From positions 1 through 25,257 of the IMG/VR virus record IMGVR_UViG_3300044268_003784: a stretch of DNA of 25,257 nucleotides. The stretch is one strand, 5' to 3'. The notes under the pieces are model-generated. The model did not search any database and had not been told where the DNA came from. It saw only the letters and a program-made list of their open reading frames with translations. How positions within the stretch are numbered: the stretch's first letter is position 1; each line of letters begins with the position of its first letter. Below, in pieces: positions 19,180 through 25,232 of this stretch. This stretch comes from a virus (lineage: Duplodnaviria > Caudoviricetes). The translations under genes and the position numbers were made by a program.

Positions 19180-19204
19180 AAAAAAGGGAGCCGTAAGGCT
19201 CCCT
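19180..19204 (-). terminator. Rho-independent terminator for the convergent minus-strand operon
   Basis: Perfect stem AGGGAGCC-GTAA-GGCTCCCT preceded by an A-run, which is a U-tract on the minus strand. Confidence 0.8.
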
Positions 19205-19254
19205 AATTACATGTAGACTTTGGGGATCTAAAATGAAAAATACTAATAAAACAT

Positions 19255-19581
19255 CTACATGTCCGTAAGTTCTTTTTTAAGTCTATTAATATACCATACG
19301 CACTTCTCCAAGTCTTGTATATTAGACTGTTTATATTTATATCTATGTAGATATTTTATCGCCGTACCTTCAAGATAAGATCTATAACCTAATGGGCCTA
19401 ATTGTTGTTTTATATAATCAATAGCCTCTAATGTTCCCTGATTATAGTGAGGTGGTTTATTAACCATATCTAGATCTTCCACATCTCCTTGAAAGTCACA
19501 TTTATCTTCCATTTCCATCTGCTCTTTTGTGAGCTCTGTTTTAGCGTCCCATTCTTCAGGCGTTATTTTATCAATACTCAT
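19255..19581 (-). CDS. DUF3310 family protein
   Basis: DMVNKPPHYNQG..EAIDYI...G.AIKYLHRY.YK...QDLEKCVWY signature; start placed at 19581 because AAGGAGAAATT precedes it (track start 19629 is an alternative). Confidence 0.85.
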   Translation of the reverse strand: MSIDKITPEEWDAKTELTKEQMEMEDKCDFQGDVEDLDMVNKPPHYNQGTLEAIDYIKQQLGPLGYRSYLEGTAIKYLHRYKYKQSNIQDLEKCVWYINRLKKELTDM

Positions 19582-19628
19582 AATTTCTCCTTGTTTACGA
19601 TCGGTTGTATCATCTTTTTCTTTTTCCA

Positions 19629-19952
19629 TTAGTGAAGTGTACCTCTGTTGTGCATATCATTGTAAAAATCACTTTGCATAATTTGTTTTTCTGCTTGTGA
19701 CCAAACTTCAACAAATCTTTCAAATTGTTTTATATTCATAATGAAATGAACTTCTCCATTCTCGATAGTCGGTTCATTTTTATAAACATCTTCAAAAAGC
19801 AGCTTGAGTTCTAAAGGAATTTCACCTTTTTTGTAAGCTGTATTAATAAACTCCAAATTGATTTTGATAAATTCATCAATATCTTTTTGGGTAACGTCAT
19901 TTTTTATAAAGTAAAAAGATTTACCTTCTTTTCCATTTGGCATAAGCAACAT
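19629..19952 (-). CDS. Hypothetical protein (107 aa)
   Basis: AAGGAG SD upstream; TAATG-coupled to the upstream mini-ORF. Confidence 0.7.
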   Translation of the reverse strand: MLLMPNGKEGKSFYFIKNDVTQKDIDEFIKINLEFINTAYKKGEIPLELKLLFEDVYKNEPTIENGEVHFIMNIKQFERFVEVWSQAEKQIMQSDFYNDMHNRGTLH

Positions 19953-20029
19953 TATAACTCCTTTAACAATCTATATTCATACCCTCTAAATGTTTTTTTG
20001 GTTACTTCGTTTATAAGTGCATTTTTCAT
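19952..20029 (-). CDS. Possible 25-aa peptide
   Basis: MKNALINEVTKKTFRGYEYRLLKEL*; starts 1 nt after the previous stop and overlaps the next start (TAATG). Confidence 0.4.
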   Translation of the reverse strand: MKNALINEVTKKTFRGYEYRLLKEL

Positions 20030-20030
20030 G

Positions 20031-20159
20031 TCACCCATCGTACCAATCTCCACATAAAATCATGCAATTAAATATTAAATACTTGCTGATTATAATTATT
20101 AGAACAATACAAATTATGATCCCCCACTCAAATAATTTTTGTTCTTTACTATTTTTCAT
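20031..20159 (-). CDS. Possible 42-aa single-TM protein
   Basis: MKNSKEQKLFEWGIIICIVLIIIISKYLIFNCMILCGDWYDG*; fills the operon gap; no clear SD. Confidence 0.45.
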   Translation of the reverse strand: MKNSKEQKLFEWGIIICIVLIIIISKYLIFNCMILCGDWYDG

Positions 20160-20237
20160 AAAATTTAGGGGGTACTTTAGTATGCCTCACATTAAAAACG
20201 GCCGTTAGAAGCGAAATTAGAGCGTCGTTTTTTTCTG

Positions 20238-21098
20238 TCATAGTTCAATTTCTACCAAATCAGGTGTGTTATAAGTTGATGGTAGGCTTTTGCCTCCAAC
20301 TACATGCTTGTATTCGTTTATAAGTCTATCTAGTTCTAACCAACCTGCTTCTAAATCATTTTTTTTCATTTTAAAAATTTTAGTTGCATAGGGTGGCTTT
20401 TTTTCTTGGGCGACAAATAAAAAATTATTAACATTAAATCCTGCTTGCTCGAAAGCTTTTTTATACCAAGCTGCCTGAAGATCATATTGGTATTTTTTAA
20501 CAGAATTTAAAAAAGACTTAGGCTCTACGCTTTGCGTAGTTTTGTAGTCTATTATGTCTATAGTTTTAGAGTCGTGTGGCTGAGAGACTGGAAAGCGTAT
20601 GACATCTGCTTTTACTTTGCACAGTAATCCGTTTTCTTCCCAATACAAAGCTCTCTCGTATGGATAATTAAAACAATCAGGATATTCATTTTCTGAAGGG
20701 TGTAGTAGTTTATCTGCTTCAGGTATCAAACTATTTTTCATATTATATATAGTTTCTTTTTCCGTATTTGTTATAACGGTAAGTCCTCTTTGGGTGTATT
20801 CTGCTCGTAGGTCTTTATTTGCATTTGTATAGGGCGAGCCTACTAAACAAGCAACGTCTTTTACGAACTGCGATTCTCCTTCGACTATTAAAGAATGTGC
20901 TGCTGATCCAAATCTTAGAGCTGGAGTATCTTCTATCTCTTCATTTAAAGCATGGAGTTGTGAAACTCCGAAACGTCTTATTGTGGACGAAGAAACTCCT
21001 GGACCATTATGATAAATCTGATTTGATAAATCAGTAAAATATAAAGCATTTCCTAACACTACATGATCGTGCTTCTCTAAAGTTTCAGGAACTATCAT
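20238..21098 (-). CDS. RecE/exonuclease VIII-like PD-(D/E)XK exonuclease (DUF3799-type)
   Basis: YH..PGVSSSTI, ALRFGSAAHSLIVE, CKVKADVI, IIDYKTT, YQYDLQAAWY and FVAQEKKPPY motifs. Confidence 0.88.
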   Translation of the reverse strand: MIVPETLEKHDHVVLGNALYFTDLSNQIYHNGPGVSSSTIRRFGVSQLHALNEEIEDTPALRFGSAAHSLIVEGESQFVKDVACLVGSPYTNANKDLRAEYTQRGLTVITNTEKETIYNMKNSLIPEADKLLHPSENEYPDCFNYPYERALYWEENGLLCKVKADVIRFPVSQPHDSKTIDIIDYKTTQSVEPKSFLNSVKKYQYDLQAAWYKKAFEQAGFNVNNFLFVAQEKKPPYATKIFKMKKNDLEAGWLELDRLINEYKHVVGGKSLPSTYNTPDLVEIEL

Positions 21099-21303
21099 CT
21101 TTGTTATCCTTTGGTTTAGCTTGCAAGATTCTCGAAAACATTTGCGTAATATGTTGCGAATATTCGGGTGGCAACTTGTTTAACTCTGTAATCAAGTTCA
21201 TAAATTCAGTAGTAGCATTGTGAGTTTGATACTCCATATGCTCTAGCGTATTAAGATCGTTAATATCTTTATTTTTAATATTTTCTTTAATAAGTTTACT
21301 CAT
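21085..21303 (-). CDS. Hypothetical protein (72 aa)
   Basis: Overlaps the exonuclease start; first gene after a divergent promoter. Confidence 0.65.
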   Translation of the reverse strand: MSKLIKENIKNKDINDLNTLEHMEYQTHNATTEFMNLITELNKLPPEYSQHITQMFSRILQAKPKDNKDDSS

Positions 21304-21308
21304 AGTAT

Positions 21309-21342
21309 TTGATATATTACATAATGTAGTATAATATGTCTA
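21309..21342. promoter_or_regulatory. Overlapping divergent promoters in an imperfect palindrome
   Basis: + strand: TTGATA(21309-14)-N17-TAATAT(21332-37), with TATAAT at 21330-35. - strand: TAGACA(21342-37)-N17-TAATAT(21319-14). Confidence 0.55.
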
Positions 21343-21374
21343 CAAATAGAGTAATTTATTTTAAGGAAATCATT

Positions 21375-21608
21375 ATGAGTAGATTATTTAATCAATATTA
21401 TTTCGATATCGTTGATGACGAAATAAAATGTAAAGCTTTTGATGAAGCATGGAAATTTGGTTGGGATAGTGAACAAGAGCTGGCTGACAAATATGCTGAG
21501 TTTTATCAAGAGAAGTCTGGTATAGAATTAGATAAAAGTGCTAGACGTGAACACATTAATCTCCTTATGACTGCACATGGGTACGAGTCAACAGATTATG
21601 GTGTTTAA
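21375..21608 (+). CDS. Hypothetical acidic protein
   Basis: Start placed at ATG 21375 (TAAGGA upstream); track start 21336 lies inside the promoter. Confidence 0.7.
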   Translation: MSRLFNQYYFDIVDDEIKCKAFDEAWKFGWDSEQELADKYAEFYQEKSGIELDKSARREHINLLMTAHGYESTDYGV

Positions 21609-21610
21609 CT

Positions 21611-21710
21611 TGCCGGGCGCACGTTTATAGTGGAGCTAATTCTCCGCTCTTTCTTTCAGGCGCCTCCTTACTAGCAACAGAGGGGCTAGTCGGCACAACC
21701 CTCTGCTTTT
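21611..21710. ncRNA. Candidate structured RNA / attenuator-terminator (unclassified)
   Basis: 54 of 96 nt G+C by hand count (21611-21706) in an AT-rich genome; four nested helices plus a competing terminator-like stem (see findings). Confidence 0.55.
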
Positions 21711-21777
21711 ATTATATAGGATTATAAAATATTGAAAAATAATATTAATGACGACATTATTGTGCTACATTTAGTAC

Positions 21778-22056
21778 ATGAAAGTAATAAATATGGACGA
21801 TCATAGACCACCGGCTTCGCCGTCAAAAATAGCTAAGATAATTAGTGATGAAATAGATAACAATAATAAAGAGGGCATAGATGAAGTTCAAAGCTGTATT
21901 TGGGCTTTAAGTTATAGCATTTCAAGACTGGTACACGCCCAAAAAGATATTAGCGCAACAGTAGATACAATAGACGTTATCTTTTCTCAATATGCAGATC
22001 CAAGTGTGTATCAAGATCTATATGACACACCACCTGACACAGACAGCGGTTTATAA
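21778..22056 (+). CDS. Hypothetical protein (92 aa), probably leaderless
   Basis: ORF track; TG-c-TACATT extended -10 ends 7 nt before the ATG; no SD. Confidence 0.7.
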   Translation: MKVINMDDHRPPASPSKIAKIISDEIDNNNKEGIDEVQSCIWALSYSISRLVHAQKDISATVDTIDVIFSQYADPSVYQDLYDTPPDTDSGL

Positions 22057-22069
22057 TTTCTAAGTAGTA

Positions 22070-22161
22070 TTTTTGTCAGTTTTTGTCAGACTTTTCTTGT
22101 CGTCGCAAACTCTTATAGACAAAGGCTTTGACAATAAAATCATTTTTTTCATTTTTGTCAG
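22070..22161. repeat. Iteron-like repeats, candidate replication origin
   Basis: TTTTTGTCAG at 22070, 22080 and 22152, plus TTGTC/GACAA half-sites in both orientations between them; non-coding and followed by an AT-rich tract. Confidence 0.6.
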
Positions 22162-22297
22162 AGAACTAGATCAAAATCTATATTAAGTAAAAATTTTTCT
22201 TGACGATATAAAATATTATGTGTTACTGTTATCACTATACACCTTTAGAGAGTGTAGAGGTCGGGCGTTTCTGTAGGGCCAGATTAAGCGCCCATAC

Positions 22298-22326
22298 TTT
22301 ACACATACATTCGGTAACACTATAAT
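22298..22326 (+). promoter_or_regulatory. Near-consensus sigma70 promoter for terS
   Basis: TTTACA(22298-303)-N17-TATAAT(22321-26); the ATG is 7 nt downstream. Confidence 0.7.
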
Positions 22327-22332
22327 CACAAT

Positions 22333-22905
22333 ATGCCTGGCACAGACAAAAAAGGTTTCGAGCCTTTATTAGATACAGCTGAAGATCCTGCTATCGAGTT
22401 TTTCAATTTATCAAACAAACTTAATCGCAGACAAAGAGTTTTTGTCTGGAATGTGGTTAATAATCCACAAATGAGTTATGTCGAAGCGGCACGTAAGTCG
22501 GGCTATAAAGACGCTAGACAGTCGGCTTATAAAAATTTAAATCATCCTGAAGTTAAGAAAGAAATAAACTATTTGATGGGTGAGGTGAGAAAGAAGTATG
22601 AGTTAAACCAAGAAAGAGCTGTCAAAGATCTATACGACATTCGGGACAAAGCATTAGAGTCGGGATCTTATAATGCTGCCATAGCTGCCCAAAACAGTTT
22701 ATTGAAAGTCGGGGGGTTAGTGGTTGACAGAAAAGAGGTAAGATTTGGTAAAATTGATCAAATGAGTAGGGCAGAAATAGAAAACAGACTAAAGCAAATT
22801 ATGGGAGATGTTGTTGAAGGTGAATTAGTAGACGATAGTTCACTTAAATCTTCTGTCGTCAACGAAGTCCAAGAAGATGCCCCACAAGATAACGAAGAAG
22901 ATTAA
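22333..22905 (+). CDS. terS: Terminase small subunit
   Basis: LNRRQRVFV...SYVEAARKSGY...AYKNLNHPEVKKEI HTH followed by LYDIRDKALESGSYNAAIAA...LLKVGGL.VDRKEV oligomerisation helices. Confidence 0.85.
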   Translation: MPGTDKKGFEPLLDTAEDPAIEFFNLSNKLNRRQRVFVWNVVNNPQMSYVEAARKSGYKDARQSAYKNLNHPEVKKEINYLMGEVRKKYELNQERAVKDLYDIRDKALESGSYNAAIAAQNSLLKVGGLVVDRKEVRFGKIDQMSRAEIENRLKQIMGDVVEGELVDDSSLKSSVVNEVQEDAPQDNEED

Positions 22906-22917
22906 AAGTTCAATCAT
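22840..22917 (-). CDS. Possible 25-aa membrane peptide antisense to the terS 3' end
   Basis: MIELLIFFVILWGIFLDFVDDRRFK*; ATGA-coupled to the upstream minus-strand gene. Confidence 0.45.
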   Translation of the reverse strand: MIELLIFFVILWGIFLDFVDDRRFK

Positions 22918-23093
22918 ACGCAATCGTATTGGCCATATCTCTTTTTAAATTCTTCATACAATTCTGGTATGTCTAAGTCTTGATCTTCGTTAAAGTTTTT
23001 ACGTTCTTGTAAAACTTTGCGTATGTAGATTTCAAAATTGGTTTGAAAATTACTTTGTTGATCGTATTCAAATTTTATAATCTCTCCTAGCAT
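22914..23093 (-). CDS. Hypothetical protein (59 aa), absent from ORF track
   Basis: MLGEIIKFEYDQQSNFQTNFEIY...RYGQYDCV*; GAGGAG SD; TG-a-TATATT extended -10 upstream. Confidence 0.7.
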   Translation of the reverse strand: MLGEIIKFEYDQQSNFQTNFEIYIRKVLQERKNFNEDQDLDIPELYEEFKKRYGQYDCV

Positions 23094-23152
23094 ATCTAAC
23101 TCCTCACTCAGTTATGTCGTTAAGTGGTAATATATCACAAATAAAATAAAAA

Positions 23153-23311
23153 TTAACTTGATCTCTTTTGTTTGAGTTTTTGTATCGCAGATAATAATTC
23201 TTTGTCTGGATCATCTGGTGTATCACACTCTGCATAAATTTCACCTGGTATAGTTTCAAGTGCGTTATATAATTGATTTATTTCTTCTTGTGTAAATTTA
23301 ATTGTTTTCAT
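23153..23311 (-). CDS. Hypothetical protein (52 aa), absent from ORF track
   Basis: MKTIKFTQEEINQLYNALETIPGEIYAECD...KRSS*; TGATG coupling with the upstream gene. Confidence 0.68.
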   Translation of the reverse strand: MKTIKFTQEEINQLYNALETIPGEIYAECDTPDDPDKELLSAIQKLKQKRSS

Positions 23312-23520
23312 CACCACCCCTTTTGTTTCCATTCTTCATACCAATCAACAACATCTCTTATCTTTACTACATCATGGTTTATATCCCAATAGTCTGCATC
23401 AGAAGAATATCCCATTTCTATTTTTATTTCTTCTGCCTCTTTGCTTGTATGATCTAAATTACCTAGTTCATTTAACTTATCAGACGACCATTTATAAAAA
23501 TCTTTGAACTTTTTACTCAT
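23311..23520 (-). CDS. Hypothetical protein (69 aa)
   Basis: GAGGTG SD; overlaps neighbours. Confidence 0.72.
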   Translation of the reverse strand: MSKKFKDFYKWSSDKLNELGNLDHTSKEAEEIKIEMGYSSDADYWDINHDVVKIRDVVDWYEEWKQKGW

Positions 23521-23755
23521 TATTCACCTCATTCCAATATTCATCTAAGACTGCTACACTATCTACACTTTTCCAATCAATCTCATGCTCTGTAGTAATT
23601 TGAAAAGTTTTTGTAGTTCCATCTGTATAATAAATATCTAATTCAGAGTGTTTAATTGAATAATAATCTACTTTATCCCAATCAATACCCAACTCTTCTA
23701 AGTCAAATTCTATCGTTTGATGATATGTTGCTCGTATGTATTTAGGCTTACTCAT
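23513..23755 (-). CDS. Hypothetical acidic protein (80 aa)
   Basis: Start moved to MSKPKY (23755) on the basis of a GAGGA SD and ATGA overlap. Confidence 0.72.
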   Translation of the reverse strand: MSKPKYIRATYHQTIEFDLEELGIDWDKVDYYSIKHSELDIYYTDGTTKTFQITTEHEIDWKSVDSVAVLDEYWNEVNNE

Positions 23756-23949
23756 GCTTCCTCTTCTATTTGCCATTCTCCACACCAACCACAACTGTAA
23801 TCAAAGCCATATTCACTTGATTCAAAAGGCAATGCTTGATAAGTCATTTCTCCTTTTTTATCGCATTTGATACATTTAAAGTTAGTTCCATTGTCTAAAA
23901 GGTTGCCAACCTTTAACACATCTTTAATTGTATATATATCACTCATCAT
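23752..23949 (-). CDS. Small Zn-ribbon-like protein (65 aa)
   Basis: CIKC...CGWC cysteine pairs. Confidence 0.7.
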   Translation of the reverse strand: MMSDIYTIKDVLKVGNLLDNGTNFKCIKCDKKGEMTYQALPFESSEYGFDYSCGWCGEWQIEEEA

Positions 23950-23956
23950 TCATATC

Positions 23957-24139
23957 CTATAATTTTTTATGATGATGTTGCCAATACAATAAAAATTTTT
24001 CTAGTGTTTCCAAATGTTCTGAAATCTTAGTATCTTCTTTTATGTAATGAACTCTATCAGCAATTATGTTGTCAATTTCTGTATAAGCCTTTTCCAGCTT
24101 TTGTAAATCGTCTGTTAAAAAATTCTTTAATTTACTCAT
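23957..24139 (-). CDS. Hypothetical helical protein (60 aa)
   Basis: Perfect TAAGGAGG SD. Confidence 0.75.
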   Translation of the reverse strand: MSKLKNFLTDDLQKLEKAYTEIDNIIADRVHYIKEDTKISEHLETLEKFLLYWQHHHKKL

Positions 24140-24148
24140 TCTTCCTCC

Positions 24149-24400
24149 TTATCTATTCCACATTACAGGAATAGTGTATAGGTCTTTATTGCTAGTAGCT
24201 AAAGCCCCACCATCATTACCTTCATCATCACACATTGGAAAAATCCATGTGCCATCTGTAAATTCAATTACCAAAGGAATCTTATTCCAACCCATTTCCT
24301 CAGTTTCAGCTTCGGAAAGGTATTCAATTTTTTTAATAGTTTTACCTACTAAAAATTTAGAGATTTTGGTTTCCCAATCTTTCGTAATATTCTTTTTCAT
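24149..24400 (-). CDS. Hypothetical phage protein (83 aa)
   Basis: AAGGAGG SD; LVGKTIKKIEY...FTDGT...DDEGNDGGAL motif recalled from phage early proteins. Confidence 0.78.
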   Translation of the reverse strand: MKKNITKDWETKISKFLVGKTIKKIEYLSEAETEEMGWNKIPLVIEFTDGTWIFPMCDDEGNDGGALATSNKDLYTIPVMWNR

Positions 24401-24717
24401 TCTCCCTCCTTATCTTTGCAGTAATTCAATATCAATTGCCTCCAGTTATATCTACCATCTTTGTCATATACGGGATCAGGATCTTCCCATGAAGATAAAA
24501 TGCCATGGATTCGGTCTGCAACACAATCATTTGCCCATATGTGAGAATTGTTTGGGTATTTATCAGCAAACTCTTTTATAGAAAGTTCATCAAATTCTTT
24601 TGCTACTGTTTTTGCTTGTATTTCGCTATCACACATAGAAAGAAAATCTTCTTTATATTCTTCTAATTCTTCAATAGACAAATTACCAAAACAATGTACT
24701 TCAAATTCATTACTCAT
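24397..24717 (-). CDS. Hypothetical acidic protein (106 aa)
   Basis: GGAGG SD; ATGA overlaps at both ends. Confidence 0.75.
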   Translation of the reverse strand: MSNEFEVHCFGNLSIEELEEYKEDFLSMCDSEIQAKTVAKEFDELSIKEFADKYPNNSHIWANDCVADRIHGILSSWEDPDPVYDKDGRYNWRQLILNYCKDKEGE

Positions 24718-24869
24718 GTTTTCCCCTCCGTTTCTTCTAAGTGATTTATCAAAGCATATAGTCCTGCCTTGATACCTGCATGTTCTGATTGAGTATGACT
24801 ATCATTTACCCATTCATCATCTGCAATAATATCTTCTGCGATATTTTTTATTCTTTGTAATGTTATCAT
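24714..24869 (-). CDS. Hypothetical protein (51 aa), absent from ORF track
   Basis: MITLQRIKNIAEDIIADDEWVNDSHTQSEHAGIKAGLYALINHLEETEGKT*; ATGA overlaps at both ends. Confidence 0.72.
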   Translation of the reverse strand: MITLQRIKNIAEDIIADDEWVNDSHTQSEHAGIKAGLYALINHLEETEGKT

Positions 24870-25066
24870 TTCTTCCTCCTCACTAATAAATGATTTTCAA
24901 TTACTGTAATCTGGTCTTGTAAGTGTTCAATATCTTTTTGCAGTTCATTAAAATTTATTTCATATTTATTATTTAAAATATCATCTTTATCAACTGCAAC
25001 ATTATCAAGCAAACAAGCAACAGATATACTTGCTTCTTTAACTGCTTCTAACAATTTATCCATCAT
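24866..25066 (-). CDS. Hypothetical coiled-coil protein (66 aa)
   Basis: Start moved to MMDKLL (25066), preceded by GAGGAG. Confidence 0.72.
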   Translation of the reverse strand: MMDKLLEAVKEASISVACLLDNVAVDKDDILNNKYEINFNELQKDIEHLQDQITVIENHLLVRRKK

Positions 25067-25232
25067 TGATCTCCTCATATTCAATATCGGATATTTCATT
25101 ATCTCCAAGTTCTATATTATGTTCTTCTTTGAAAGACTGTTTAACCCATTCTTTATATTCTTCTTCTGTTTCACATTCTCTACCCATATCCAATACAGAA
25201 TATGTAATTACGCTAGTCCAAGTTTTCATCAT
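25056..25232 (-). CDS. Hypothetical very acidic protein (58 aa), absent from ORF track
   Basis: MMKTWTSVITYSVLDMGRECETEEEYKEWVKQSFKEEHNIELGDNEISDIEYEEINDG*; TAAGGAG SD. Confidence 0.72.
   Translation of the reverse strand: MMKTWTSVITYSVLDMGRECETEEEYKEWVKQSFKEEHNIELGDNEISDIEYEEINDG

Noticed and set aside
21611-21710. Glycine riboswitch (CTTTCAGG), hammerhead (CTGAAAG on -), HDV-like ribozyme or tRNA
   Set aside because: It lacks the glycine-aptamer CCGAAG partner, the hammerhead CUGANGA/GAAA core, the HDV helix order and a tRNA T-loop GTTC.
22070-22161. CRISPR mini-array
   Set aside because: Repeats are only 10 nt, two are directly adjacent, and spacing is irregular.
16573-24772. Plus-strand ORFs 16573, 17229, 20017, 20819, 24174 and 24548
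   Set aside because: Antisense shadows of better-supported minus-strand genes; no SD or recognisable motifs.
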